Positions 16,997 through 26,547 of a stretch of 64,000 nt of DNA are shown here, piece by piece (within the stretch, counting starts at the first letter, position 1; every line of letters begins with the position of its first letter). A model generated the notes under the pieces. It did no database searches. It saw nothing but the letters and a program-made list of their open reading frames with translations, and was not told the origin of the DNA. The stretch spans positions 360 through 64,359 of the forward strand of contig DASQAZ010000113.1 in the NCBI GenBank assembly GCA_035635475.1, given 5' to 3'. The stretch is from Bacteroidota bacterium. GTDB lineage: Bacteria; Bacteroidota; Ignavibacteria; UBA10030; SZUA-254. A program made the translations under genes and the position numbers.

Positions 16997-17821
16997 ATGA
17001 ACAGACTTCCACTTGAAAAGCGCACTCAGATCGTTCACCTTCTCTGTGAGGGTAATAGTCTCCGTGCGACCTCGCGAATCGCAGATGTGTCGATCAACAC
17101 GGTCACAAAACTTTTGGTGGAGGTGGGCGCGGCGTGTCAGAAGTATCACGACGAGAACGTTCGTGGCCTGAAATCAAAGCGCGTAGAGTGCGATGAAATA
17201 TGGTCTTTCTGCTATGCGAAACAAAAGAACGTTCCTGATGGGATGCGGGGACAATTCGGCGTAGGTGACGTATGGACATGGGTCGGCCTGGATTCAGACT
17301 CAAAGTTAATAATCGCTTGGTTGGTCGGGAATCGGGATGCGGAATATGCCAACGTATTCATGCAGGACGTTGCAGATCGTCTTACTAACCGCGTCCAGTT
17401 GACTACAGACGCGCTGAAAGCGTATCTTGAGGCAGTAGAGGGGGCTTTCGGTGCGGATGTGGACTACGCGCAATTAGTGAAGATGTACGGCGAGGCTCCG
17501 GGCGGAGAAAAACGATACAGCCCCGCAATCTGCACTGGGATTAAGAAAGAACTCATCATAGGTAATCCGAAACACAAGCTTACATCCACAAGCTACGTCG
17601 AGAGACAGAATCTCACAATGCGGATGAATATGCGGCGGTTTACACGACTAACAAACGCCTTCTCCAAGAAAGTCCAGAACCATGCCCATGCCGTCGCCCT
17701 GCATTTCATGTATTATAATTTCGTTCGGATTCACAAGACGCTGCGAGTAACGCCCGCAATGGAGGCTGGAATAGCGAAGAAACTTTGGACGGTGGAAGAT
17801 TTGACGAGGCTTATAGATTGA
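16997..17821 (+). CDS. IS1-family DDE transposase (single ORF, 274 aa)
   Basis: N-terminal HTH (NSLRATSRIADVSINTVTKLL). The IS1-type catalytic pattern is CDEIWSF ... WTWVGLD ... GNR ... LTTDALKAYL ... YVERQNLTMRMNMRRFTRLTNAFSKK ... YYNFVRIHKTL. The ATG at 16997 is the likely start, and the track's upstream extension from 16766 overlaps the previous ORF. Confidence 0.85.
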   Translation: MNRLPLEKRTQIVHLLCEGNSLRATSRIADVSINTVTKLLVEVGAACQKYHDENVRGLKSKRVECDEIWSFCYAKQKNVPDGMRGQFGVGDVWTWVGLDSDSKLIIAWLVGNRDAEYANVFMQDVADRLTNRVQLTTDALKAYLEAVEGAFGADVDYAQLVKMYGEAPGGEKRYSPAICTGIKKELIIGNPKHKLTSTSYVERQNLTMRMNMRRFTRLTNAFSKKVQNHAHAVALHFMYYNFVRIHKTLRVTPAMEAGIAKKLWTVEDLTRLID

Positions 17822-17837
17822 TTCTCGGGGGGGTTAT

Positions 17838-18308
17838 TTGTACTTTGATCGATCTAACCTCACGTACCTACCTGTGACCTGGCTTTCTGATTTAGATAAA
17901 ATTGACCGCTCTAAAGTTGCTTTCGGGCTACTCGGATTCTTAGCAACCGTCGGCCCCGGATTTCTCATAGTCTATCTATTTAAGCCAGAATTGATTGAGA
18001 AACTCGATATAGTTAAGCTCACCATATTTTCTTGTGCCCTTACGACCCCATTGTTGATGACTAATGTCCTTGCCAATATTGTAATTCAATCCAAAGAGAA
18101 CAATGAGGGAGAAATTGCTTCCGTCATGGGAACAGCCTTTGCATCTCATATTATATCAAGTTACTCGGCCATTTTTCTTGCGTACTGGTTTCATTGGGAA
18201 TTTCTTCGATTTGTTTGGTGGGCGCTTGGCTTTAGCGTCGGAGTGTCGATTCTCATATATTTTGTAGAGAAACTGCCCGGAGAGAAGCATAAAAAAAATC
18301 CAAAGTGA
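17838..18308 (+). CDS. hypothetical 4-TM membrane protein, transposon passenger
   Basis: TTG start with four hydrophobic helices (e.g. VAFGLLGFLATVGPGFLIVYLF, FVWWALGFSVGVSILIYFV). No family recognised. Confidence 0.45.
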   Translation: MYFDRSNLTYLPVTWLSDLDKIDRSKVAFGLLGFLATVGPGFLIVYLFKPELIEKLDIVKLTIFSCALTTPLLMTNVLANIVIQSKENNEGEIASVMGTAFASHIISSYSAIFLAYWFHWEFLRFVWWALGFSVGVSILIYFVEKLPGEKHKKNPK

Positions 18309-18416
18309 CCTGTAAATATATCGTTCGACCTTCCGTCTAAGCTTTCCCCTACCCCTCCGAGAAGATTTTTCCCCGTAATTCTTACCTCTTCCGTACTTGG
18401 CTGTTCTAAGCATTTT

Positions 18417-18432
18417 AAACTGAGACACTACC
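18417..18432. repeat. right terminal inverted repeat AAACTGAGACACTACC
   Basis: This is the perfect reverse complement of 14616-14631. Confidence 0.8.
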
Positions 18433-18440
18433 CAAGGAAG
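18433..18440. repeat. right copy of 8-bp target-site duplication CAAGGAAG
   Basis: It is identical to 14608-14615 and directly abuts the right IR. Confidence 0.7.
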
Positions 18441-18500
18441 GCCCCTCTTGGAACGTCCGAAGATTTTGTTATATTGTCGAAGAAGTTTTCCAGATCAGGC

Positions 18501-19646
18501 ATGGACTTCCTCGCATACACGGAGGAGCTGGACCGGAGCTACGGCACGTACAAAGTTGCGGCGTTCCCGGCGCGGCGGTTCCCTCCCGATCCTCTCCAGC
18601 GCACAATCGACGCGCTTGCGGGAGATACTCCGACGCCGTTCAACATCCGGATTGTGGGGCAATCGTTTGAAGAACGCCCGATCCGGCTCGTGACGGTGGG
18701 CAGCGGACCGACACAGGTTCTCCTCTGGTCGCAGATGCACGGGGACGAGTCGACGGCCACGATGGCGATTACCGATGTCCTGAATTATTTCCGGATAGCG
18801 CGCGGCGACGGCGCGGCCCGAAGCATACTTTCCACACTCACGATCCATTTTCTCCCGATGCTCAATCCCGACGGCGCATCCCGCTTTCAGCGACGCACAG
18901 CGCAGGGCATCGACATGAACCGCGATGCTCTCGCACTCCAAACGCCGGAGGGGCGACTCCTCAAGCAGCTCAAAGACACAATTAAGCCCGACTTCGGATT
19001 CAATCTCCATGATCAGGAACTAAGCACGGTGGGGACGACAAAAGAGCTGACTGCAATTGCTCTTCTGGCCCCTGCGTTCGACATGGAGAAATCAGACAAC
19101 GAGGTCAGAATCAGGGCGAAGCACGTCGCCTCGGTCCTCGCCGCCGCACTCAAGAGCGCGGCCCAGGGGAGGATCGCCCGCTATGACGACAGTTTTGAAC
19201 CGAGGGCGTTCGGAGACAATATGCAAAAGTGGGGCACGAGCACGATTCTTGTCGAATCCGGGCATACGCAGGGAGATCAAGAGAAGGACTCAATCCGCAA
19301 GCTCAATTTCATGGGCATCCTCGCGGGTCTTCATGTGATTGCGTCGGGTCAATACAGCGCCTGGGATCTAGGGCATTACGAACACCTTCCGTGGAATGCG
19401 AAGAAGGCCTACGACATCATCATCAGGAACGTCCAGATAACGCACGGCGACGGCCGGGTCACCCGTGCAGATCTGGGAATCTCCTATCAGGTCGACACGC
19501 ACTCGGAATCGACACCCATGCTGGCAGACCTGGGAGACCTGCATACATTCATAGGCCTCAAGGAGATCGATGGAGGGGGAAAAGCGATTCCCCGGGAATC
19601 GCTGGATCCCGGGAAACCATTTCAATGGACGCGTTTTTTCGATTGA
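18501..19646 (+). CDS. M14 family zinc carboxypeptidase
   Basis: The zinc motif is HGDEST (HxxE), followed by LNPDGA, NRD and a later ESGH. The ATG at 18501 is preferred over the TTG at 18474. Confidence 0.8.
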   Translation: MDFLAYTEELDRSYGTYKVAAFPARRFPPDPLQRTIDALAGDTPTPFNIRIVGQSFEERPIRLVTVGSGPTQVLLWSQMHGDESTATMAITDVLNYFRIARGDGAARSILSTLTIHFLPMLNPDGASRFQRRTAQGIDMNRDALALQTPEGRLLKQLKDTIKPDFGFNLHDQELSTVGTTKELTAIALLAPAFDMEKSDNEVRIRAKHVASVLAAALKSAAQGRIARYDDSFEPRAFGDNMQKWGTSTILVESGHTQGDQEKDSIRKLNFMGILAGLHVIASGQYSAWDLGHYEHLPWNAKKAYDIIIRNVQITHGDGRVTRADLGISYQVDTHSESTPMLADLGDLHTFIGLKEIDGGGKAIPRESLDPGKPFQWTRFFD

Positions 19647-19674
19647 CCGAAGGAAGGCGGAGTCGGGCCGGCCT

Positions 19675-20430
19675 CTATCTCACCCACCCGAAAAGCGATG
19701 CAGCGATCACCCAGACCGCCCAGAGTCCTAACGCGATTCCCATTCCTGTCGAAGTAGGCTTCCCCGATACCTTCGCAATCCCCTGACCGACAAGAGCCGT
19801 CTGCCACAGACCGAAAACGCCCACCGAGGCCAGCAGCTTATGCCCCAGGTTGTCGCGTTCAAAATTATTGATGACAAACAGGGAGCCGCCGAGCGAGGCA
19901 TGGACGGAATCGAACACGTGCATCAGAAGCAGCGTCACGATGGCACCGAGCACCCCAACAAGTGACGTAAGACCGTAAACCTCAAGCATCTTCTGATATG
20001 ATACGGGAGATTTTAACAGTAATTTTGTGATCAGCCAGAGTATCAGAGGGCTGCCGAAGACCGCGAGGCTCACGATCACAAGCGAGAGGCCGAAACCGAA
20101 GGCGAGAAATAACGCGGGAGACTCCATCCCTGCCACTGCGCGATCATATTGCTCCTGGGTCATTTTACCTTCGTCCACTGCCTTTTGCATTTGTTGTTGC
20201 TGGGGTTCGAGAATCTGCTGCCGGAGAGAGGGGGTGGAGGAGAGCGAATATGTGACGACAGCCGCCGCGAGCAAGGTGATCAGGTAAGGCAGCAGCCACG
20301 AAGATGTCTGTACCGGCGCCGACGCTACTTCGCTGAATAACTCGCCGGGGGACGCGAAAACCCCCATTGCTCTGGCGCCGAAGGAGGTAACGGCGGTAGA
20401 TCCGGATGAAAGAGTGGTCTGTTGGTCCAT
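19675..20430 (-). CDS. Yip1-domain multi-pass membrane protein
   Basis: The N-terminal cytoplasmic segment with GVFASPGELF is followed by five hydrophobic helices, which is the typical Yip1/DUF1282 layout. Confidence 0.55.
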   Translation of the reverse strand: MDQQTTLSSGSTAVTSFGARAMGVFASPGELFSEVASAPVQTSSWLLPYLITLLAAAVVTYSLSSTPSLRQQILEPQQQQMQKAVDEGKMTQEQYDRAVAGMESPALFLAFGFGLSLVIVSLAVFGSPLILWLITKLLLKSPVSYQKMLEVYGLTSLVGVLGAIVTLLLMHVFDSVHASLGGSLFVINNFERDNLGHKLLASVGVFGLWQTALVGQGIAKVSGKPTSTGMGIALGLWAVWVIAASLFGWVR

Positions 20431-20659
20431 GTCGTCCTTTCGGATTTTGGGCTAAAATACTCAATTCGGGTTTCAAGGTCAAGAAAGGAGCGCGACCTTG
20501 ATTTTCAGCTCTTCCTTTGTTATTTTGGCGCTGTTGACCTTCATCCGCCGTTAGCATCGATCTGCCCCGATTCATCTTTCGGTGTCCACGACAGGCGGAG
20601 AGCTGCTTACCAGAGGCGCCGGGGGGAATCGGAGTGAACCTGATGCCGAAAAGGGGTGA

Positions 20660-21271
20660 ATGCAGAAGCTGACCGTCGAGGAAATCCGCAAGCGCTTTGA
20701 GCTATCGAAAGAATTCAACGAAATTTTCGATGCTTTTGAGCAGGCAATCGGTCAGCGTCTTCAAGACATTGAGCTCTACCGCCAGCTCTTCTGGAACCAC
20801 ACTCTTACGCCGGACGAAATCTGCCTTTTCGGAGAGAAACTCTCGAAGGAACTCCCGGACCTCGCCTATGATACGTTCATGTGGATGGCGAATGTCTTTG
20901 AGGTGACCTATTCGATGTATGACAACTACGAGCTCGCCCTTCAGTATTTCAAAAAGGCTGCATCCGTCCGTCCTTCGGAGCCGGACCCATATCTCGCCGC
21001 CGCCGATTGTTACGAGCCGGATCTGAATATTCCCCCCATCGACGCCCTCATCGACTTTCTCAAACAGGGAGTGAACGGGGTCACCGCTCCGAAGTCTCTT
21101 TACCTGAAGCTCGCTCATCTGTACGAGCTAAACGGGAACGATGAGATGTATACTTATTTCCGGAAGAAAGGCGAAGAGACTCCACCCGGGCCGGCTCCCC
21201 CCGGATCGACTTCTCCCGGTCCGACGCCTCCCGGACCGGCTCCTCCCGAACAACCCTCGCCCCCGCAATGA
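20660..21271 (+). CDS. hypothetical helical protein with Pro-rich C-terminal tail
   Basis: 203-aa ORF with TPR-like helical content. The tail is PPGPAPPGSTSPGPTPPGPAPPEQPSPPQ. No family recognised. Confidence 0.45.
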   Translation: MQKLTVEEIRKRFELSKEFNEIFDAFEQAIGQRLQDIELYRQLFWNHTLTPDEICLFGEKLSKELPDLAYDTFMWMANVFEVTYSMYDNYELALQYFKKAASVRPSEPDPYLAAADCYEPDLNIPPIDALIDFLKQGVNGVTAPKSLYLKLAHLYELNGNDEMYTYFRKKGEETPPGPAPPGSTSPGPTPPGPAPPEQPSPPQ

Positions 21272-21359
21272 GATATGCCGCCGAAGCGGCCTTCGCCTCA
21301 AGGCGCCGCACCGGCACCATGATGGCCGCCCCGGGGTTCGAGGTGCAGGGAAACCCGAA

Positions 21360-21938
21360 TTGACCGAGCGCCGCCGGGAAAAAATGCTCGCTGTTCTCAG
21401 GCATCGTCAGCCGGGACTCAGCGTCATTCTCGAAGGGATTCACGATCCCCATAATGTGAGCGCGATTTTGCGGACGGCCGACGCCGCGGGGGTCTTGGAA
21501 GTCCAGCTCATTTACGAAAACGAACTCTTTCCCCGCCTCGGGAAGAAGAGCTCGGCAAGTGCAGTCAAGTGGATCAAGCGCCGGCCGTTCGCGTCGATCC
21601 GGGAGTGCTACGAATCGCTCCACCGCCAGGGATTCCTGATCTACGCGACGCGATTGGACGCATCTTCGAAATCCCTCTATGATCTGGACCTGACTGGCAA
21701 GATCGCCTTCGTCTTCGGCAATGAGCATCGCGGGGTATCGGGAAAGGCCGCGGAACTGGCGGATGGAAACTTTCAGATCCCGATGCTGGGGATGATTCAA
21801 AGCCTGAATGTCTCGGTTGCATGTGCCGTTGCTCTCTTTGAGGCGTTCCGCCAGCGCCAGATCGCCGGGTTATACCGAAAGCCCGCGATGAGCGCGGAAG
21901 CGATGCAACTTTTATATGAGGCATGGACGAAACGGTAG
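21360..21938 (+). CDS. TrmH/SpoU-family RNA 2'-O-ribose methyltransferase
   Basis: LAVLRHRQPGLSVILEGIHDPHNVSAILRTADAAGV, VFGNEHRGVS and IPMLGMIQSLNVSVA are SpoU motifs. The TTG at 21360 gives an N-terminus collinear with E. coli TrmH, and the ATG at 21384 is the alternative. The track ORF from 21141 overlaps the previous gene. Confidence 0.8.
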   Translation: MTERRREKMLAVLRHRQPGLSVILEGIHDPHNVSAILRTADAAGVLEVQLIYENELFPRLGKKSSASAVKWIKRRPFASIRECYESLHRQGFLIYATRLDASSKSLYDLDLTGKIAFVFGNEHRGVSGKAAELADGNFQIPMLGMIQSLNVSVACAVALFEAFRQRQIAGLYRKPAMSAEAMQLLYEAWTKR

Positions 21939-22804
21939 GATTCACCGACCGTTATGTCCGGGCCGGCGGCCTGAGGGTGCACGTGCTCGAGGGGGGCGCG
22001 GGACCTCCCCTGCTTCTGATTCATGGTCTCGGAGGGCCGCTCATGTGGCAGAGGGTGCTCGGACCCTTATCGAAACGGTTCCGTGTGATGGCGGTCGATC
22101 TTCCCGGCTTCGGTGAATCCGATCCCGTCTCGTGGAATCCCGCCGAGCGGGACCCCATGGGACGCGACGCCTCTTTCAACGGGTACGGTGAGTTCCTCTT
22201 CGAAGTTACGGAACACATGGAGGTGAGAAACGCCATCGTCTGCGGAATCTCATGGGGTGGACAGCTGGCGGTTCAGCTCGCCGATCTCCATCCTGACCGC
22301 GTCGAGAAATTGATTCTTATCTGCACTACGGGGCTGCGCTGCCATCCATTGGCGCGCAATTCTTTGGTCAGAATAATTCTGCCGCCGATGCTAGAAAACA
22401 CGGTTCTTCGAAGCAGATTCCTGATCGATTATTTCAGCCGCCGAAGCTTTTACAATATCGAAAACCGCCCGCCCGATCTCTGCACGCAATTCCAGAAGGG
22501 GCTTCGGCGCGAGGGGAGGAGCGGCGCGTTCCTGGCCGCCCTGCTTGACGCCGCGGCCGGGGATCCCGGCTTCCTGGAAAGGCTTTCCCGCTTGAGAATC
22601 CCCTCATTGATCATCTGGGGGAAAAACGATTTGATCGCCCCGACGGAAGACGCGTATCGAATCGGGGGCGCGATACCCAATGCCATCGTAAGGATTTTCC
22701 CCGAGTGCGGCCATTCTATCCCCCTCGAGAAGCCGCGTGAACTTGTCGATGCCTTTTTCGTGTTCAAAGGACAGGAGGGATTGCCCCACGGCGTCAATTC
22801 CTGA
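21923..22804 (+). CDS. alpha/beta-fold hydrolase
   Basis: LLLIHGLGG, the nucleophile elbow GISWGG, and the C-terminal GHSIPLE (catalytic His region). Confidence 0.8.
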   Translation: MDETVGFTDRYVRAGGLRVHVLEGGAGPPLLLIHGLGGPLMWQRVLGPLSKRFRVMAVDLPGFGESDPVSWNPAERDPMGRDASFNGYGEFLFEVTEHMEVRNAIVCGISWGGQLAVQLADLHPDRVEKLILICTTGLRCHPLARNSLVRIILPPMLENTVLRSRFLIDYFSRRSFYNIENRPPDLCTQFQKGLRREGRSGAFLAALLDAAAGDPGFLERLSRLRIPSLIIWGKNDLIAPTEDAYRIGGAIPNAIVRIFPECGHSIPLEKPRELVDAFFVFKGQEGLPHGVNS

Positions 22805-22832
22805 ACGGTAAACCACTATTAGAGGAAACCCC

Positions 22833-23375
22833 ATGCCCGAAACAACCCTGAAACTCACCGAACGTCTCCCTGAATTCCGGAATCTGCCGGGAGTCGAGGG
22901 AAAATCGCATTCATCGAAGGAATACTCCGGCGAGAACATTCTCGTCGTTGTCTTCTCCTGTAACCACTGTCCGTATGTCCGGGCCTATGAAAACAGGATG
23001 ATCGCACTGCAAAGGGAATACGGACCCAAGGGCGCGCAGGTCATTGCGATCAACTCCAATGATACGAAGAACTATCCGGAGGACAGCTTCGACAAGATGG
23101 TCCTGCGCGCGAAGGAGAAGGGATTCAATTTCCCGTACCTCCGCGACGAGGATCAGTCGGTTGCAGAAGCCTTCGGCGCGACTCACACGCCGCAGTTTTT
23201 TGTCTTCGACCGTGAACGGAAGCTTAGGTATTCCGGGAGGATGGACGACAACTGGGAACATCCCGCGGCGGTTAAAGAGAATTATTTGCGCGACGCCCTG
23301 GATGCCCTGCTTGCCGGGAAGGATGTGCCGGTCCCCGAAACCTACTCGATCGGATGCACGATCAAGTGGGGATGA
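22833..23375 (+). CDS. thioredoxin-fold (AhpC/TSA/redoxin-like) protein
   Basis: CxxC motif in VVVFSCNHCPYV, with conserved THTPQFFVFD and YSGRMDDN typical of this thioredoxin-like family. Confidence 0.7.
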   Translation: MPETTLKLTERLPEFRNLPGVEGKSHSSKEYSGENILVVVFSCNHCPYVRAYENRMIALQREYGPKGAQVIAINSNDTKNYPEDSFDKMVLRAKEKGFNFPYLRDEDQSVAEAFGATHTPQFFVFDRERKLRYSGRMDDNWEHPAAVKENYLRDALDALLAGKDVPVPETYSIGCTIKWG

Positions 23376-23396
23376 CCCCGGCCGGGGCGACCGGAG

Positions 23397-24368
23397 CTAC
23401 TTGCTTCGCTCCAGCACGAAACCTACGAAACCCCTGAGCGCTTCTTTAGAAGGCGATTCGGGGAGCGGTTCGATCGCCTCCAGAGCCAGGTTTGAATAGA
23501 GTTCCGCTTTCCTCGTGGTATAGTCGATGCCGCCGAATTCGTGGGCGAACTCGACGATGCTCTGCAGCTCCTTTTTGCTCGATCCATTCTTGATGATGCG
23601 CAGGATCGCCCTCGTCCGGCCGTGAGGCGCGTTCGAGAATGAGTGGATGAGCGGGAGCGTCAGCTTTTTTTCCTTCATGTCGAGTCCCGTCGGTTTGCCG
23701 GTAATGCTCTTCCGGCCCGTGTAATCGAGCAGGTCGTCGCGGATCTGGAATACCATCCCGATGTTTTCCCCGAATTCCTTCAGCCGACGAAGCATTTCCT
23801 CGTCGTGCGTCACGCTGGCTCCGCCGATCTGGCAGCACGTCGAGAGCAGCGAAGCGGTCTTGTCGGATATGATCTTCAGATACGTCGCCTCGTCGATATC
23901 GAGGTCCCGGCTCTTGGCAATTTGAAGAATCTCCGCCTCGCTCATTCTCCGGACCGCGTCCGACGTGATTTTCAGGAACTGGAAGTCATTGTGATCGAGA
24001 GAGAGGAGCAGCCCTTTGGCGAGCATGTAATCTCCCATGAGGACTGCAATTTTGTTTTTCCATACTGCGTTGATCGAGGCGAGGCCGCGGCGGGTGTCGG
24101 CATCATCCACGACGTCGTCGTGAATGAGCGTTGCCGTGTGCAGGATCTCGACGAGCGACGCGCCGCGGTAGGTGCTGTCGTTGACCATTCCGCACGCCTT
24201 GGCCGTCAGGAGCACGAGCGCGGGCCGGATCCGTTTCCCCTTTTGCCGGATAATGTAGCGCGCGATCAGGTCGACGAATGCGACCTTTGAACGCATCGCG
24301 CTGCGGAAGAAGTGATTGAACTCCTCCAGCTCTTCGGCAACCGGTCGGGTGATCTCCTCTAGCTTCAT
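23397..24368 (-). CDS. polyprenyl diphosphate synthase (IspB-like, long-chain trans-prenyltransferase)
   Basis: The first and second Asp-rich motifs are LIHDDVVDD and FQIRDDLLD, with GKRIRP near the N-terminus. Confidence 0.88.
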   Translation of the reverse strand: MKLEEITRPVAEELEEFNHFFRSAMRSKVAFVDLIARYIIRQKGKRIRPALVLLTAKACGMVNDSTYRGASLVEILHTATLIHDDVVDDADTRRGLASINAVWKNKIAVLMGDYMLAKGLLLSLDHNDFQFLKITSDAVRRMSEAEILQIAKSRDLDIDEATYLKIISDKTASLLSTCCQIGGASVTHDEEMLRRLKEFGENIGMVFQIRDDLLDYTGRKSITGKPTGLDMKEKKLTLPLIHSFSNAPHGRTRAILRIIKNGSSKKELQSIVEFAHEFGGIDYTTRKAELYSNLALEAIEPLPESPSKEALRGFVGFVLERSK

Positions 24369-24376
24369 GGTCGCTG

Positions 24377-25186
24377 TCAGGCCTCCGCTGCGCGGGCCTC
24401 CTCGCGCTTACGCTGGGCGATTTTCGCGATCCAGATGCTGATTTCGAACAGGAGGAACATCGGCAGGGCGAACACCGTCATCGTGATCGGATCGGTCGTG
24501 GGGGTGACGAACGCGGCGATGATGAGGATAACCACGATCGCGTGCCTGCGATAGTGCCTCATGAACGCCGGGGTCACGATCCCGAACCGCGCGAGAAAAT
24601 ACGAGACCATCGGAAGCTCGAAGATCAGCCCGGAGAGCAGGATCAATTGAAGGACGAAACTCATGTATTCGCTGATCGAGATCATGTTCTGGATGTCGAG
24701 CGTTCCAAACGTTGCGAAAAACTGCAGCATGTACGGCAGCATGATGAAGTAGGCGAACGCGACACCGGCGAGAAAACAGAGCGTCGTGCAAGCGACGATG
24801 CCTGATATATATTTTCGCTCTTTAAGTAAAAGACCCGGCTCGACGAACTTCCAGAGCTGATACAGAATCCAGGGAGAGCTGAGGATGAGTCCGCCCACGA
24901 TGACGACCATCATGTAGAACGTGACCTGGCCGTAGGGAACGGTATTGATGAGGTGGAGAGGCGGAGTGATGGTCCTGCTGGGCCGCAGAATGAAATCGTT
25001 CACGAGCCGGTCGGCAAAAATCCCGCAGAGAAGGACTCCCACCAGGAGTCCGAGCAGCGCTTTGATCAGCCGCCACCTGAGCTCCTCCAGGTGATCGAGG
25101 AAGGACATCTCTTTCCCGCCGCCGGCATGCTCTTCGGACTCGCGGTCCTCAAGCTCCTGGTCGATTTGTTCGGACTTCTCGGGCAA
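24377..25186 (-). CDS. tatC: twin-arginine translocase subunit TatC
   Basis: MSFLDHLEELRWRLIK, six TM segments, and a conserved FVTP..DP region. Confidence 0.9.
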   Translation of the reverse strand: MPEKSEQIDQELEDRESEEHAGGGKEMSFLDHLEELRWRLIKALLGLLVGVLLCGIFADRLVNDFILRPSRTITPPLHLINTVPYGQVTFYMMVVIVGGLILSSPWILYQLWKFVEPGLLLKERKYISGIVACTTLCFLAGVAFAYFIMLPYMLQFFATFGTLDIQNMISISEYMSFVLQLILLSGLIFELPMVSYFLARFGIVTPAFMRHYRRHAIVVILIIAAFVTPTTDPITMTVFALPMFLLFEISIWIAKIAQRKREEARAAEA

Positions 25187-25189
25187 TGG

Positions 25190-26494
25190 CTACCTTTCTC
25201 CGTCCGGAAGAGGGTAGAGAGGAAATTTGGCGCACAGTTCGCCGGCGCTCTTTTCAATGTCCTTGTAGACGCTTACGTTACCGATCCTGGTGAGCACGCG
25301 ATCGATCATTCCCCCCACTATCTCCATTTCGGGTTCCCGCATGCCGCGGGTTGTGAGGGCAGGGGTGCCGATGCGGATGCCACTGGTAATAAGCGGGCTC
25401 TTGTCGTCGAACGGAACTGCATTCTTATTCAGCGTAATGCCCGCAAGGTCGAGAGCTTCCTGCGCGTCTTTTCCAGTGAGGTCCTTGTTTCTCAGGTCGA
25501 TCAGCATCAGGTGGTTGTCTGTTCCTCCCGAAATGACGTTGTATCCGAGCGCCATCAGCTTTGCGGAGAGCGCCTGAGCGTTCCTGATCACCTGCTTCGC
25601 ATATAATTCGAAGTCGGGGTGGAGATTTTCAAGAAATCCGACCGCCTTCGCGGCGATGACGTGCATGAGCGGCCCTCCCTGGATCCCGGGAATCACCATC
25701 GAGTCGACCAGCTCGGACATCATTTTCGTCCTGCCCGACTTCGGCGCCTTCGTGCCGAACGGGTTCTCATAGTCCCTGCCGATAAGGATCAGCCCGCCCC
25801 TCGGTCCCCGCAGCGTCTTGTGGGTGGTCGAAGTCACGACATGGCAGTGAGGCAGGGGGTCGTCGAGGAGTTTCTTCGCGATCAGGCCTGCCGGATGCGC
25901 GATGTCGGCGAAGAGAAACGCTCCGACCTTATCGGCAATCGTGCGGAACGCCCGATAATCGATGTTTCGCGAATAGGCGCTGGCCCCCACCGTGATCATC
26001 TTCGGTTTTTCACGGGACGCGACGGCCTCCACCTCGTTGTAGTCAATCCGCCCCGTCTCTTTTTTCACGCCGTAGGCCACAAACTTGTAGAGCTGGCCGG
26101 AAAAGTTCACCGGCGACCCATGCGTCAGGTGGCCGCCGTGAGAAAGATTCATCCCCATGACCGTATCTCCGGGCTTCACAAACGTGAAGTACACTGCCAT
26201 ATTTGCCTGCGAGCCGGAGTGCGGCTGGACGTTTGCGTACCCGGCGGAGAATAATTCTTTCACCCGGTCGCGGGCGAGGTTTTCTGCAATATCGACGAAC
26301 TCGCAGCCGCCGTAATAGCGTTTTCCGGGGTAGCCTTCAGCGTACTTGTTTGTCAGCACCGAGCCCAGTGCTTCCAGCACGGCAGCGCTGACAAAGTTCT
26401 CGGAAGCGATCAGCTCGAGCTTTGTATTCTGCCGCCGCGTCTCGCTGCGGATGGCGCTGTGGACAGCCGGATCCTGATCGTGAAGGGACTTCAT
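25190..26494 (-). CDS. glyA: serine hydroxymethyltransferase
   Basis: [25 protein letters not shown], and the PLP lysine region [16 protein letters not shown]. The Met at 26494 (MKSLHDQDP) is preferred, because the track start at 26551 would overlap the upstream gene. Confidence 0.95.
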   Translation of the reverse strand: MKSLHDQDPAVHSAIRSETRRQNTKLELIASENFVSAAVLEALGSVLTNKYAEGYPGKRYYGGCEFVDIAENLARDRVKELFSAGYANVQPHSGSQANMAVYFTFVKPGDTVMGMNLSHGGHLTHGSPVNFSGQLYKFVAYGVKKETGRIDYNEVEAVASREKPKMITVGASAYSRNIDYRAFRTIADKVGAFLFADIAHPAGLIAKKLLDDPLPHCHVVTSTTHKTLRGPRGGLILIGRDYENPFGTKAPKSGRTKMMSELVDSMVIPGIQGGPLMHVIAAKAVGFLENLHPDFELYAKQVIRNAQALSAKLMALGYNVISGGTDNHLMLIDLRNKDLTGKDAQEALDLAGITLNKNAVPFDDKSPLITSGIRIGTPALTTRGMREPEMEIVGGMIDRVLTRIGNVSVYKDIEKSAGELCAKFPLYPLPDGER

Positions 26495-26547
26495 TGTGCT
26501 CCCGTGTTGCGGTTCTAGTATGAGCGCTGCGGGCCGCGCCCCAGAGT

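Larger units (their letters stand above)
14616..18432 (+). mobile_element. IS1-family passenger-carrying transposon (3817 bp)
   Basis: It has terminal inverted repeats, an 8-bp direct repeat and a single IS1-like DDE transposase gene. The interior is visibly AT-rich relative to both flanks. The ends GGTAGTG fit the IS1 consensus GGnnnTG. Confidence 0.75.

Noticed and set aside
18156-18428. 90-aa basic minus-strand ORF starting inside the right IR
   Set aside because: It largely overlaps the better-supported 4-TM ORF on the plus strand. No family similarity. It would be worth revisiting only if transcription out of the IR is observed.
14517-18500. Alternative reading of the AT-rich island as a tRNA-targeting integrative element
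   Set aside because: No integrase gene is present and I could not see a direct repeat of the tRNA 3' end. The tRNA is internal rather than at a boundary. The IR plus 8-bp duplication explains the boundaries better.
20474-20506. Hairpin CAAGGTC-N13-GACCTTG followed by ATTTTC in the Yip1/hypothetical divergent intergenic region
   Set aside because: It has a short stem, a large loop and no upstream plus-strand gene or convincing promoter. The evidence is insufficient for an sRNA or terminator call.
21081-21800. 239-aa minus-strand ORF opposite the TrmH-family gene. The same applies to 23643..24290, 24953..25606 and 25619..26254, which lie opposite the polyprenyl synthase, tatC and glyA genes.
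   Set aside because: The opposite strands encode proteins with strong family signatures. These are antisense artefacts.
23376-23387. 12-nt perfect palindrome CCCCGGCCGGGG between the convergent thioredoxin-like and polyprenyl synthase genes
   Set aside because: It can only form a 4-bp stem and has no T-tracts. It is possibly a minimal bidirectional pause site but cannot be supported.
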